From positions 434,001 through 498,000 of the forward strand of contig JAQGDQ010000033.1 of assembly GCA_030141605.1 (NCBI GenBank): 64,000 nucleotides of DNA, read 5' to 3'. This stretch comes from Tubiluchus corallicola (Eukaryota; Animalia; Priapulida). The position numbers and the translations under genes were made by a program. Below are positions 37,591 to 53,695 of the stretch, piece after piece. Every line of letters begins with the position of its first letter. Positions within the stretch are counted from its first letter, which is position 1. The notes beneath the pieces were generated by a model. It worked only from the letters and a program-made list of their open reading frames with translations, was not told the DNA's origin and made no database searches.

Positions 37591-38339
37591 TTAGAAAAAA
37601 ATGAAATAAAGTTATTTGAATGACTATTATTCCTAAAACTACTTTACAAATTGGTATGATTTTATTAACCTTTTTGTCCATAGTTGTTGAGCTACTAGTA
37701 GAGAGTTGTAGTCAAATGTATTAACCCATTGTGTTTCAGAGGACAGTCATGTAGTCATCACTATCATATGCCATTTTTGAAACAGTGAATATATTTGTGA
37801 GATGAGGCACTTAGCGGGCTTTTAAGAAAGTTTATAAAATAATTCTATTCGTGTCAAGTTTAACTTCTATGAAGTCCTACTACTGTTGCATGCATCAGTA
37901 GATAAGCTCCCGACACAGAGCAACGAAATGTAATTAGAGAAGCAGCAATGCGAGCAGATAAGTAACAATGCAGGTAGAGTCTTATCGCATCAGATAGCAG
38001 TCATAGTACAATGGCTCCATTAGCTAGCTAGGTATTTGTGCACGAAACGAACAGGAGATTACAGCACATAGACAGCAGAAATAAAGCTGCCATTGTCGCA
38101 AGTAAAATCCTGCAGAATGTTTCACTTATCTACACAACATAAAGGTGAGTAACTAATCAGCGAAAGAATATTTGTTAGATGGTGAAAAACGATGCTCAAA
38201 TTAACTCCCAAACTCAAATTATGCTCTACGCAAGGTGGCTCTCCGGCGCAAATTTGCAGATTGTTCTAGAACTCATGGGAAGTCAGGGTCCTGTGTGCAT
38301 TTGTTAAAGTTCATTAATTATATAACAAAGACAAAAACT

Positions 38340-38690
38340 CGACCTCTAAAGACAAGACTTCTGAAGTCCAGATGCCAGAGAAACCAAAAACAGACCAGAC
38401 TGCTAGATCATATTTCAGACAGGCACCACACGGGCCAGCCACAGACCGGACCACTGACAGATCACATCTCATACAGGCTAGAAACCTGGCAGACCAGTCA
38501 CAAACCAGACACCCAAATTGACCAGCCAAAGACGAAACCCCAGACAGATGAGTCACGATAATAGAACAGACCTTTGAAGACCATACCCAAGACAGACAAG
38601 CCATACTCCAGGCCTCTGGTAGCTCAGAATCTAAAGACCAAACCCCAGACAGACTACCATGCCCTACCAGACCAGACCCACAGACGTAGA
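38340..38690 (+). repeat. Degenerate CAGAC-rich short-period repeat (same type as 44290-44900)
   Basis: Recurrent acagac/ccagac units. Confidence 0.7.
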
Positions 38691-40842
38691 GATATAGGAA
38701 GTGCAATCTCATATTGGGCATTGGCTCTATGCTATAATTATGCTATTCAATGTCTAGAAAGTTTTTATTTAATTTAACAAAGAATTTTTCGCTTTAACAA
38801 ATTTTTCAAGCAATTAGAACACTAATTTTGATACATGCTTGCTGCATTATGCTAAGTAATGTTCCAGATTTTATCAATCCAGGAGCGTCCCACTCTATGG
38901 TGATTTAAGCAACGAAAAGGTTCGTTTGCTCTATACTAGTTAACTAAAACTGTTGTCTAGTGTGTCGTCTAGAAAGCAATTAATCTTGAAAGTCGATAAT
39001 TTCACGCGAGTAGCAAATCACTCATAGACCTACCCTTCACTAACTTCTGACTACAGTTGTTGACCTTTCCCCGGACGCAAAAGGCACCGGGGTTCACGGC
39101 ATTAGGGACCCTCCATCTGGCGAAGATATAATTTGTTTTTGTCTTAACTTTTTTGTCAGAAGACAAAATGGACTGCATTACTAACTACACGCGTATTTTA
39201 GATGTAGCGGCTTTTTCTTTTTATGAAAATAAATTTGTAGCCAAATAAGTAGACCAAGAAGTGATCAAACAACTTGACATTTTACGTCGCAGGCTTCACA
39301 TAGTACCTACTTATTTGAAAAACGCAAAAAGTCCGGCTTCGCAAAAACCCACTTCCCTTAAAAGAAAATACGTAGCTGGATAAACAGCCTTTTTCTATCA
39401 AAGATTAAGGAAATCCATGTCTTAAGATATTGGCCTGTCTGCGGTTTTGCATGTTAATAATCGGGCCAACCTAATTATTAATGTAGCATCTTGAGACAGT
39501 TAATAAACAGCGTAACTTTCGTACACACACGAAGCAGACTTTGACTCCAAACTGAAGGGTTTCCCCTGCACGCCAACAGAGCCATGCATATCTCAGCTTC
39601 TTCTCATCTTACTGGTTGCTATGTACTTATCATAGTTGTATTTAACATCACGAATATTGGCAAACTTGAAACCTTTATTGCATATTTTCCCTGACAAGTT
39701 GTTTTCATAATAATTAAAACTGTTTTAAATAATCTGATTGTCTGTTTTACAGTCAATAAAACCCAGACACGTTTCGCGTTTATTAAGAGAATAACGTAAC
39801 TAATATTCGTATAATATAAAGTGCATTAGTTTGGTGCGAAAGCATTTCTTAACAGTGATGTCCTCTGAGAACGTTTTTCAAAAGGTACTGAAATAGACAC
39901 TTACAAATATATTCTGATTTATTCAACACCGATATTCCTGTAAAGCTGCCAAGGATAAGCTTGATAGCTGGAGTTTATTGTATCATTACGTCCGGAGATC
40001 TCGCACATTCTAGTAATGTCTCACCTAGTTTTAAAAATACTGATTCCAGTAAACACATTTCAGTTGAAAGTACACTAACAATACAGATATGAAATTTTGT
40101 GTTAAACTGGATAGTTTATATTACTTTGTACTGGGAAACTGTGTGCTAAAATGCCAATTTTCTTCAATCAAAATAACTTACGCACTACGTCTTCTTTTCG
40201 AAACTACTATGTTTAATTTCCTTTTACTCAGTATGAAAATCAACTTATTCAGTTTGAGTATTATTATGCTATTATGTCTAGAATTTTTTTAAATTTAACA
40301 AACTGTTTTTCAAATGATTTCGCTTTTAACAGTTATAAACACAGTTATAAACACTAATTGTAATGCATGCTTGGCTTTCCGAGAATCATTAAGACCAAGA
40401 AATTATTAAGACCATTTTTAGAGAATAATTAAAATAAATATAAAAGAGTAAGAACAAGGAATTAGACTTGTAAAAATGCAATTTAAAATACTTGGATTTT
40501 TGTTTTAATGATGACTAATGTAAATGATTTTTAGCTTTTTAGCTTTATCACAAAAATATCACATTATCGTCATGTTTTAACTACCCTTTTCGCATTGATT
40601 ATTTTCCAGATTCTTAATTATGCACTATTGACTTTTTTCATAATCCTGAACGTTTTTGTTACTAAAAGAGGAAGAGAAACACAAAGTATTTTTTGCATAA
40701 TGATAATAGATGTAATTAACTAATTGCAAGAAGCCAAAGTGTGCATACGTTGTCTAATTACTTCAAGCAGCTGCGTTGTTTTGACTTTAATCACGAAACT
40801 TACAACAGCGATGCAACAAAAAATATTAAGCAGTAAACGAAA

Positions 40843-43377
40843 TAGTCCAGCAGTCCAAAGCCATTTGGGTTGAACGTGTAAGTTTTTTTCTAAGCAGTTT
40901 TCTCATGTTCTGGTGGTCCCTTTTAAAAATATTAAGGGTGGCCCTTTGTCAGCCTTGTGCATTTTGAGATTTTGGACAGAAAGAGATACAACGGAAAAAG
41001 CATATACTGTTACATGTAAAAACTATTATGATTAGGCAAATGAAACTAACACAGACGTAGAATTGAACTAGTAGCTAGTTTTTGACATGGAAAATTCAAA
41101 AATTAGGCTACATTACGTACATAATACATTATATAGGTACAGTAATTATTAGTTTTTGTAGTAATTTAATGTATATTGTTATATTAAGTTGAAGCGCGCT
41201 GTTTGGTAAAATTACAACTGGTGTAGTTTAAAAAAAGCTAGAAAGCTAGAAATTTAAATATTCTTTTATTGAGTTCGGGAAAACCATAATAATTACAACT
41301 ACACAATTTTAGCTAATCTGCTTATCTTAGCTAGGTGCCTATGACGTACGCTATGGATCTCTACTTGACAACATAGCAAGCGAAGATTATATCATAGCAT
41401 TATGGGCAGGTTATTTAATAAAAGTTGTTTTCATTATGATGATGCTTATATGACTGAAAAAGAAGAAAAGACAAAAGGATAAATACTGAGTCATTATGTT
41501 TGTTGTGAAAAAAAATTCTTAGAAGAACACTTCAGCTATGAGACACGATGACATATAGGCCTATACGTCAGGGCACATAAAAGAAAGAAGCCAAAGTCAG
41601 AATAATCGCAGATATTATAGACAAGCAGGAACTACGCAGAAAACTGGGAGTTTGTGTAAATCCTCATAATAACTATAGTTAATGTTGTAAATGGGAAGTT
41701 TGTATTGTTATCATTGAGTGTAGTCAATTCGGTAACATAGGTAGTGCAGCACAACAGTATTTTGAAAAAAGTGGCCGCAAGGATCTACGAGACAATCTCA
41801 ATGAATGCACATGGCATGGGTGAAGAAGTCCGGTGCAAGTGGGATTGAGCAAAAGACGTAATATTCATTTAACTTATTTAAGAATTATAGGAATTCAACA
41901 CTAACCCAAACATCCGCGAAGTTCTGTCCTATGAATTATTTCCAATTCCAACATCAATGGTAAGCTGGAAATAACTGGCCATTGGCCATTCAGCCTTAGC
42001 AAAAGAAATAAATTTCGCAACTGAATTAAAATAATGAACAGGCTGAAAAGAACAAACGAAGAAAAAGTTCAATGGGTCATACAACTAACCAGTAATGAAC
42101 ATTATTCTATCAGATAACACAGGCTGATTATACTGTTTCGCTTTATAACTTTTCGCATCATAATTTGCCCACGCCAATGATTGTGGAATTGGTAAATAAC
42201 CATGGTTAAACAGTAAAGAATCAACAAAGCATCATTCCAAAGATGATAGGAAGCTATGCATATACTGAGTGTAGGAAAGAGAACCACATGGAATGTACTT
42301 TTGCATTCCCGAATTTGGAAATATTAAAGCAGCTTAATGGATGCAGCCCATTGGACTCAAGGCCTAAATTCATTAGTACATGCTATGGATAAGCCTATTC
42401 AAAATGTACATAGTACTATGTCTAGTTGTATGGCACAGTAAAATGCGTAGAACAGGTGATACTAAAGCCACTAGATGCAATTTTAACCATGATCAGATGT
42501 TCTAGTTCTGGTACAAACCAATGGAAGCATTTAGGGAAAATGAAACGAGTGCACATTCAAGCATACATGATGGAAAAAAAACAGTTGAGGTGACTCAACA
42601 TTTTCTCTTGATGGCACAAATGATATGGTTTTGAAAGATGGCACACCGAAACTATTGTAGCCAGTAACTGTGCTTCCTGTGGTAAAATTATAACCAGACG
42701 AAATTTTAAAGGTGATCACAACTCTTATTCTAGAGCAAAGGCATGCAAATCTTTTAAGTCACTACAATTTATGCAATGTTGTGTTAATAATAAGCGTCCA
42801 CAATAGTTAGTTTGCATCATGTTCCGTGCATGTGAAGGCTCTCAGTAATAGCAAACGAATAACATCTGTAAATCTGACAAAGCTAAAACGAGGAATTGGA
42901 CTGTATGAAAGCTATAACTTATTTGTGGGAGTAATGATATATTCTTGGTAAAGAAACTATTGCCTAGTATTTTGAATAAGTGATGAAATCTTAAGATTAG
43001 TGGATTAAGAAAGGACTAACAAGTGAACCATTGAAGAAGAAAAGGACTACGTCCTAATTATATTATTTTGGTGTGATTATATTTTGAAACATATAAAAGT
43101 TCAATCATTTTTTATTTGTTTTAATGTTCTTTAAGTTAAAATATTAAATTTAATCTACTTGCATGATCATGCAAGTATTTCTATTTACATGATCATGGCA
43201 GTTTGGGTTTGTTATAGTACGTGTACTTCTCTAGTGTAACACTTTTTGTCCACCATCTCAAATTGCTCAAGGGTGGCACAGGGCTACCCTTAATATTAAT
43301 ATTCTTAAAGAGGACCGTCAGACCACGAGAAAACCACTGAGAAAAAAACTTACACGGCCCCACCGGCTGCCGGACTA
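40843..43377 (+). mobile_element. Decayed Academ-type (AcademX-like) DNA transposon
   Basis: Termini TAGTCCAGCAG...CTGCCGGACTA, ~140-bp imperfect TIRs (40843-40985 / 43240-43377), AAA on both flanks (3-bp TSD); interior peptide remnants YELFPIPTSM (~41930), RVHIQAY (~42545), PDEILKVI (~42692) and a Cys-rich tail. Superfamily assigned from recalled family features. Confidence 0.7.
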
Positions 43378-43654
43378 AAACGACTAGACGAAAAAAGTTT
43401 GTTTTTAACCCTTAATGGCGCCAGTAAAGGCTTATATTCTTTCTATTTTGATTTTTTTGCATTCTTTGGCTACTACTAACTTGATTTTTTGTTATCAAGA
43501 CTCCATTTCTAACTATACTAGCTTCAAAACTCTATGATAACAGTCGAAACGATAACAGTGATAAGTCTTCTGCAGAATTGTGTGCGTACTCATTTCAAAT
43601 TCGCTACAGATCGAAAGTCCAGATAGTATGCAGACACACCGAACTTAACATCAG

Positions 43655-45110
43655 TTCTTAAAGTTCATTGTGTAACAAAGGTTTATTGTGTAACAAATCA
43701 CAAGACTCGTCGATACGCAACAAGTTTTATATTATTATCTAACAATTTTTGAGATCTTATATATTAACCATTACGTAATAAAAATGGTGCATTGTATAAC
43801 AGACTAACGTAGGATTGGTCGACTTCGGCGGTTAGGTCTTGTCACCGTCTGGATAAGATCTAATTATTGGATGAGTCAGTTTCTTTCTTTTCTAGATTTG
43901 GGTCTGATTTCAGCTTGAACTAGTCTGATCTGAGATCTGGTGCATCAGATCTGAGTGTCAGAGTCTGGCTTTGGCCTATTTGAAGTCTACTCTATCAGAG
44001 GTTTGGTCTGTCTGAGTCTAATTTGTCGTGGGTTAGGTTTAGTTAGGTTTGGATGGGTATAGGTCCAAACCAAAAAATGGCGTTCTTGGATCCGGCACGG
44101 ATCCTTACTTCTTGGTCATGTTGTTAAGAAATTCTAGTACACATTTATTTTTGAAAGTTATCACTTAGCTACAAATTCCGTCCATAGGAAGTTGAAATTT
44201 CGCACAGACATAAATATACTTTATACTAGTTCGCAGGCCGTAAGAAAGCCCAAATTTTCACTTTGGGTTCAGTTAGACCATACAATTGATCGATTAGACC
44301 TCAGAAAGACCAGATCTAACACAGACTAACCACAGAAACCAAACCTCTCACAGATTAGACAACAGGCAGACTAACTACAACTAGACGGTTTATGTCCGTT
44401 TTCCAGAAAAAGTGTTTCCTAGAAAACTCGTTTCGCAGAAAAAGTATTTCACAGAAATATTTTTCAACAGAAAAACCGCAGTTGCGTTTTTAGTTGCAAG
44501 ATCTGCTATTTTAGTAGGATAAAAGGATTTTTTCCGGAAAGCAAATTTTTCTGGTAAGAAAGTTTTCTGTGAAGTTTTTTGTCTGGAAAAAATTTCTGGC
44601 AAGAAAGGCTTTTCTAGGAAATGAGCCTGCCCCAACTAAACCTCTGAAGGATCAGATATTTCAGACAAACTAGAATCTAGACAGACGTGCCACAAACCAT
44701 TGTTAGTTCAAATCTGAGACAGATTATCACAAACCAGACCCGAAACAGACTTTCCACAGACCACACCTCTGATAGATCACACATCAGACATGCTAATTTT
44801 CCGACACAGTTGCCACAGGCTAAACCAGGCCGAGCTAGAATAAGACAGACATCAGGAACATAAAGAAACTGACCCTGTCCAATGGTTGGACCACGACAAA
44901 CCTAATCGTAATTCAGGATCACCTTCCTACATAATACACCACTTGTTGTTACATAATGATGCAATAATTGTTATATAATAATTGTTACTTAGTGACGTAA
45001 ACATTGTTGTAATAACGAATTTTGTGATTTGTTACATGATGCAACATCTTTTATTACGTAATGCTGCATTGGTACATAATGAGCCTTTTGTTACATAATG
45101 AACCTTAACA
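43655..45110. mobile_element. Nested MITE-like elements forming a ~1.45-kb quasi-palindrome
   Basis: Outer arms ttaaagttcattgtgtaacaaagg / ccttttgttacataatgaaccttaa; inner arms ttggatgagtcagtttcttt / aaagaaactgaccctgtccaa with GTCTG versus CAGAC subrepeats; central ttttccagaaa-type repeats at 44395-44625. Confidence 0.7.
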
Positions 45111-47519
45111 TCAATGCAAATTACAAAAAGGCAAAAAATGAAACGTAACGGTGAGTTTGCTGCGTTAGCCATAATAGAAAACCGGAAAAAAGTGAAGATG
45201 ACTATTTACATCCCCTCACCCACTAAAAAGATTGGTATATTTACGATTTTAGTTGCATGCAAGCGGTGTATCAATGATGTGTATTTACAAGAAATCTATG
45301 ATACTCTCATGCATGATACTTGCGAATGCAGCAGACCCCAATATATGCTGCCGTGGGTTAGTGCTGCTTTGGCTTCCTGTGTATTCTTAACTAATGACGC
45401 ATGTTTTACCTGCTTTGTAGCATCTTCCTTTGTTTTTTAATTGAAAACAAGAAAAACACAGTAAACGCATTAACTTGAGTGCTTAATAACACAAGGGAAA
45501 ATGTCTGTGCTTATTTAGAGGCATTTACCAATAAACCATGATTAATGCCTAATCTTCTCCTTCTGGAAAGAGTCTTAAAACTAAAGAAGCATGCGGAAAT
45601 TAATTAAGTCTGGAAAGCATTATTGGTTCATAAATGGTTCTTTTACAAAGAAAGTAATCATGTGCTTATCAAAGCTAGTTTTTTCTTAACATTTCTGAGT
45701 TGGAGAACACATGCACCCCTATACTAAAAAATTCGTAAAAGCATTTTCATTGAAACAAAGAAAATGAGTAGAAAATGAAAAACATAATTTAAATGTAACC
45801 AAATCTACATGTAACCGTTGCACATGCCGTGCTTTATATGTGCAAGTGAACGCATCAAACTTCTAATCCACATGAAAACCAGAAGTTTTTGAAACATGAG
45901 CTCGAGCTTTTTTGTTGCATAGATTTGCACTACTTGTATAAAATATAAATCGTTAAAAGTGCTAAATCTGCCAGTTTTCGCTTTCTTAATAAACTTTTAG
46001 AATAAAAACGTTTATATTTAATTTTTGCAAATGCCCCATAAAGCTTTTTCCATTCAAATATTAATCCAAGTTAATGTGGTTCTAAGAACTGATGTTGTAG
46101 AAAGAACAACAAATCACAGTTTGCTAAAACACACACTTGTCAGCGACATTGTTTCGGTTAGATAACATTACAAAAACAGTCAGACGTAACTAACTGAGTT
46201 TGTGCATTGACTCATTCAGTTGACATAATAATATCATTATTCATGAGTTAGCTAACATCTGATTTCTCTCCAATAATTACGCCTGCCACTAACAACTGAT
46301 GTTTAAATCAGGGTAAGCTTTCAAATCAGATGCGCCTTAACAATAATGGCAGTTCAAAGATGAAGTATTATTTCAATCTCAAATATACTTTAATGTAAAA
46401 TCAGTCAGATGCAGCTTGACAACATCTTCACAGACAAGCGGATCTAAAAACAAACAACCAGTGACCAGGCATACTGTTCGCAAAATATGAAAAAAGCATT
46501 TAATGCAATTTTTGGCTTTTTATTTTTGTAAGATAGGCCTATATAAGATGCTTCAGCAAAAATGATACTATTTTTTCTCAGATGCTTGGCTACCCCTCTG
46601 TTGCATGTGGCTCCGCCCCTGTCATCACATGATATTTCAACATTTGAACGAGACTCGCGCAATTTGTGGTGTCTTTTTAAACCTGAAACCTTTTATGAAA
46701 ATGTTTCGGTTTGTGCATCGTATCAAATGTAAAGCGTCATTTTCATCTGTTGACTCTCGGCGCTCGAAATTACGCTTAAAATTCTAAATTCCATAACCAA
46801 TTACTTGTAGCGAAATCACAATCAATAGGTCATGCAGAATAGTTGCATACTGATCGCTAATAACTACTTTATTTCATTTCAAGGCAGGCCAGAGGAGGTC
46901 ATCTGGTGAAGCAGCCCACTGGTTCTTTGTGTGTATTTTTGACCTTGCAGCAAATGTCAAGGTCATTAGAGTCACCTCTGATAACCTAGTGCTTTTTACA
47001 TGCCTTTATTCCCTATTAGAATTTGTGAACAAAATTTGGCAGTGTGTTAAATCGATGTCATGAAATCTGTTATATGTATTATCATTTATGACGTCACGAA
47101 GTTTCTTAAGTCAAATCTCTTCACCTTTAATGGAACGTTCTTTGGAAATAATGGCATAAAGAAAGAGGGAAGTACACAAGCTACTTTCGAAAACCTCTTT
47201 ATCAAAATCCGCCACGTTTCGATTATTTTTCAGACTACCATATAGTAGAATTTTCAGGTCCTGGTGTTAGTTGAGGATGACTAAAGCAGTCTAATTAAAG
47301 AGCAAACAACTAATAGTTTATAATTATTTGTTAAAGTATTATACAAGTATACTCAAAACGTCACGTTTTTACTAACGATGTTTTCGAAGCTTTTAGTTGT
47401 GCTTGCCTTTTTGTTTATTACGTCAATTTGTATGCAGTGCAACAAATAAAATTGAATTTTGTCACACCAATTTTTTTATTATGTTATAGGTAAAACTTCG
47501 TACATGTTTGATTTGAATG

Positions 47520-48490
47520 TAGATAAAAATGGCACAGGAAAAAATGGCACGGTAAAAATTGCAAAGGAAAAAATGACACAGATGGAAAAGTATGTAAAAA
47601 TGGCACAGGTAAAAATGGCAAAGCCAAATATCGCACACTTAGTAATATATGTGTTTAAGGTTAGGATTACAGTGGGGTATAATTATTTTAGCTATGTTTA
47701 TCTCTGCCAAGAAAGTTATGCTTCAACACAGTCTGTTTGTTTAGTTGTTTTTTGTTTGTTATGACAGTAAGCCTATTACGCAAAAACTATCTAACAGATT
47801 TCCAGGAAATTTTGTGGAGAAGACAGGTATAAGGTGCCAAAATGGGCATTTTTTCGCTGGTTGTTGTTTTGCAAAACTTGCCAAACAGCAAAAAATATTC
47901 GTGAAATGCTTCGTGGAGGCGTCAGTGGTAATTTTTAGTACTTCTTTTTTATTATCTCCACCAGGACAAACAACTACGAGTTAGTTCCAGGTTCCATTTT
48001 GAGAAATTCTCGCTTGCAAAACTGTGTAACGTTGTCCATAACCTTTGCTTATTAATGTGTATAGCCTTATAAAAAGCTGACTTGGTGTGTAAATACGTAT
48101 ATGTGTCAGTCTATTACCATTGCCAGAATTAATGTTTAAAGAAAGGTAGATAAACATTATGTGGAACATTCGTGCATTATTGATTATAAACCCATTTAAT
48201 GAACAAATATTTTGTGAGTCTGTTGCTAATTTATATAATACCAATACATGTACGATTTTGTATGTTTGCTTGTTTATCCTTGTGTTAAATTTTTTTAATG
48301 AAATGACTCAGACGACTAAGGTTAGGATTGTCGGCTTTGGCAAAGACCTGCTTCCTACTGAGCGCATTAGCGCACTTTAGTTTTATTATAGAAATCAATT
48401 GGATCAAAATAACATATATGTCATGTATTTTTACTTTCCATTTGTGCCATTTTTACCGTGCCATTTTTACCTGTGCCATTTTTACCCCGC
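47520..48490 (+). mobile_element. ~1-kb composite non-autonomous element, copy B, with an internal Helentron/HINE-like module (~47697-48366)
   Basis: Terminal aaaaatggcac / gtgccatttttacc subrepeats; internal ctgccaag...(gttt)n...ctttggcaaag sub-terminal inverted repeat followed by gcttcctactgagcgc. Confidence 0.78.
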
Positions 48491-49455
48491 ACCGCGTGAT
48501 TTAGGTGTGCTAAATCCCTCGCTGTTAACTCTGTTAACGCTTATACTCTTTCTTTCCCTTCCCTTACCTTCGTGGTCTTTTACATTTGCATTTTATATTG
48601 ACTCTGAGCTGTTTTGAAAAATAAATTGCCTTGTTTCCCGCTGTCAAATGAAGCATTTTATTCTATTGAACGACTCATAAAACTCGTCTACCAAATCTGT
48701 GATATCTGGACGTAAATTAGATTAATTTGAACCGCACATTAAGTCAAATACAGTAGTGGATGTATAGTTCTGACTGCAAAACGATAATTTTTTATATTAT
48801 AGCTAGTTTAAAACTGTAAACATTTCGTATGTAAGCTATATTCCTGTCACGATTATTAGACATTTGACCACTGGTGATCGTTAAGGAATTGGCAAATAAC
48901 CTCTTACAAGATATCCGAAGCTCAGTATCACCACTTATAAATATTATCATAAGTATCTGATCATCAGATTCATAACTATTGTGTTACTGTCAATAATAAC
49001 AGGTTTTCTTAATGAATTACAGCGTACAGACTTATGAGAGAAATGCAAAAGTTTCCTAATTTCTCGCGCACATTAAACGAAGAACAAATTAAAGAAATCA
49101 ATTTATCACGCTTAATTTTCAGGTTGTCTCATTCAAGTATTGTATTCATCTAATCAAAATTGATAACCCTTACACGTTGTGTCATTTAAATGGTCATTAG
49201 CAACAACAGTTAATGTGTGTCCTTATGAGTAATTAAACCTGTTTCCATTAGCAAGTAAAAGAAACGTTAAATTTTGCGTTAAAACATTCATTACTATTAC
49301 TTGATGTGTCGGTAACAAAAATACGTAAGTTAAATGTTGACAGGAGTGAATGTGGGGCGTAATGGTGCAACGCATCGTCATTTCTGGTTATCGAACTGCA
49401 GCTTAATGGGAGAATATCGTACGTATGTCGCAATTGACGTCTAACAAAATGTCTA

Positions 49456-49960
49456 TCATTCTCGTTGACTGCCCTACTAGCGTGCTAGTTATTTCACACA
49501 CACCTGCAGCAGGTACGTTCGGGACATTTAGCTACAGCTCCGTCTAACACTCTTATGAAACATGCTCAACTTTTCATTAGTTAGCAGGAGAAATAGTAGC
49601 TTGGTTCTTATTGTCAATTGAAATTCGAAGTGGATTGGTGGAAGTAGATCGTCTAGTTTCGTTCATAGGAAGAAATACACAACGCTTACGTCTATGAGTT
49701 GCTGATTAAACCATTTTGCAATCAAGAAAACACGCAGTTTAGTTTAGTTTATGGCTTTGCAAGTTAGATAAAAACAACTATTTGATTAAACTTTAAATAA
49801 GGGCAAACAAAATGTTTTCTTTTCTGGCCAGTTTTTACAAATCTCAATGAGATCTTCACAGTCAAAATTAATTCAAATGTGGTCAAAACTTATATTATAG
49901 GTCATAACATCAATGTAATATTAGCTAATTTTACGCTATTTTTCTATTATAATCAATGTT
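49456..49960 (+). repeat. Dispersed repeat, copy 1 (homologous to 55261-56150)
   Basis: Shared blocks tcattctcgttgactgccc, acaacgcttacgtcta, tttgcaagttagataaaa and tgagatcttcac.gtcaaaattaatt.aaatgtggtcaaaa. Confidence 0.85.
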
Positions 49961-50289
49961 AAAAGATACCATTGGGACTTGTGTGATTCGGGCATTCAAT
50001 ATAAGGGTCGTCTATGGAATGGAACAGTGAAATTTATTCCATTTCCGTAGCCTCACAAACGGCAAAAATACAAAAACTTAATACTTGCAGACGAGCACAC
50101 GATTAATTAGCATAGAAAAATACATCACAGGCTTGATGTTCATATGTTTAAAGGAAAGAAAGGCTTAATATTTTTGTTTCTCATTTATTGTAATGCAAGG
50201 CTAGCTTGCTTTGAAACTTCGTCTCTACATTTTGTTTAAATTGAAAAGTCATTTTTTGGCTACTTGAAGTGTTAATTTCGTGTTCAAGT

Positions 50290-51765
<1,476 letters not shown>

Positions 51766-53374
51766 AAAATTTGCAAGGCTAACTGGTTTAGTTTCTTTAT
51801 TATACTCATGTCTCTGCATTTTTTAAGCATAATCTTGGATGTAGGCTATAGTGCTGTGCAGTAGAGTATTAGCTTGTCCTGTCTTGCTGGCTATCGCCGA
51901 AGATGGACCGTCAAAAGACTACTGGAGCAAGGATGCCCATGAACAAAGGACACCAGTCAAAGAACCACCTTCAACACTTTAAAAGTGGCCTAAGGATCAC
52001 ATGTCGGGGGAGAGACTGAGGGCCATTGGTCGAGGGACCACCAGTGGAGCTTGAGTGAAATTGCAACTCAGTGTGGATGGTAATTTTCGCTTATAACAAT
52101 AATTGATAAATTTCTTATAGGCCTACTTTTTTATTTTATTTTTATTTAAAATGTATTTTCTATTTTAAAAATGTAGAAGCAATTTAATATCAAAACACTG
52201 TTTTGTAACAGATGGTGTTCGCCTAATTGTCGTCGCTGGCTTATCATAAATTTAATATTTATTCAAACTACTACATGTGAATAAACACGATTAACAAACA
52301 GCTACTGACAGCGATTACATTACATCTCACCTACAAAAGCTTTGAGTGCTGAAATCTATTGGTAATCTGTTGGAGATCACTCTTAACTTTTTAAAAATGA
52401 GCCAATTGTAGGGGTAGTGTTTCCCAATTAAAAGTGGTACCCCCAAAATCAATTTAAACCACGTTTCGACTACAACAACAAAAGTTTACCAAAATGTTCT
52501 GTTAGCCTTGCTGAATAAAGATCAGTAATTTATAAGTGATGAAGTTGGTGCAAAAAACTACATGTATTTAAGAACGAGTTAAACAGGAAGGCAGCGTCGC
52601 GACAGCTAGTTTAGCACACTTAAAGTTCGTGAAAAACTTCAACCTACAATAAGTGAAGATATCATTATGTGAAGAAACCAATTCAGCTATAGGCAGACTT
52701 TGTTGCAGACATTACATGAAAACACCAATTGGTCTGTAGCTGAATTTTCTTTTCTGTTGTTTCTGCTTCTAGAAGGATGCACGATTTTCTTCGTGGACTT
52801 CCAGGCCATGATGAACCCACTGGCTGCTAATTTTTCCTATCGAGAGCCCATCCTTGCAAAGCACTTCTATGAACTCCTCCTTTAAATCAGTTTGCAATCT
52901 ATAGATTCCGTGTTGAAGGCAACTTATAGTCTTTTTGAAGAGGAGGAACTTAGCTAACAGATATGGTAAGATAATAAATAGTTCCACCAGGCCTAATGAC
53001 TACAAGTTACGCCCAGGTTTCATTTCGTTTCGAAAAATTCTCGCTTGGAAAACTATGTATAGCTGTCTGTAACCTTTGCCTATGTATAGCCTTATGAGCT
53101 AAATTCGGTATGTAAAAAAGGTATATTTGTCAGACTTAGTTTATAGTATCAATATTGAATGGCTAAAAGAAATGTAGACAAACACTAAGTAGGATACTCG
53201 TGCACTATTGATTACAATTGTACTTTATTAAGCAGAAAGAATTCTGGAAGGATAAGGCAACAGTGGAAAGTAGAAAGCATATGACATGATTGACATCGCG
53301 CGTTCAAAATCAAGGTTAGAAAGTAAGGTTGCATGAAATTTAGTAGAAGTTGTATAACTGTGTAACGAGGTGCT

Positions 53375-53695
53375 GAGTAAGTTTCGTACCAGTAAGTTTG
53401 TACAGGTAAATTTGGTACTAGTAATTCTGGTACGAGGACATTTTGCTACAAGGAAATTTTGCTATTTGTTACTAGAAATTTCTGGTACAGAGAAGTTTTG
53501 GCACTGGGAAACTTGAGTACAGGGAAAATATGAAACTGGGAAATCCAGTACAAGCAATATCCCTGCAAGTAAATCAGGTACAATATAAAAATGGTGTGGA
53601 ACAGGTTTGGTGCTAGGAAAGTTTAGTATTTTGAACGTTTGGTACTTTTAACAGGGAATTTAATAGAGAGAAAGTTTGGTACAAGGAAAGTTCCC
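53375..53695 (+). repeat. Degenerate ~15-17-bp tandem repeat (tttggtacaggaaa-like)
   Basis: Recurrent ggtac/gtaca units; probably MITE subterminal repeats. Confidence 0.6.

Noticed and set aside
39061-39125. GC-rich segment with possible pseudoknot (CCTTT/AAAGG, CCCCGG/CCGGGG)
   Set aside because: Loop lengths are sterically doubtful and I could not fit an HDV or twister consensus.
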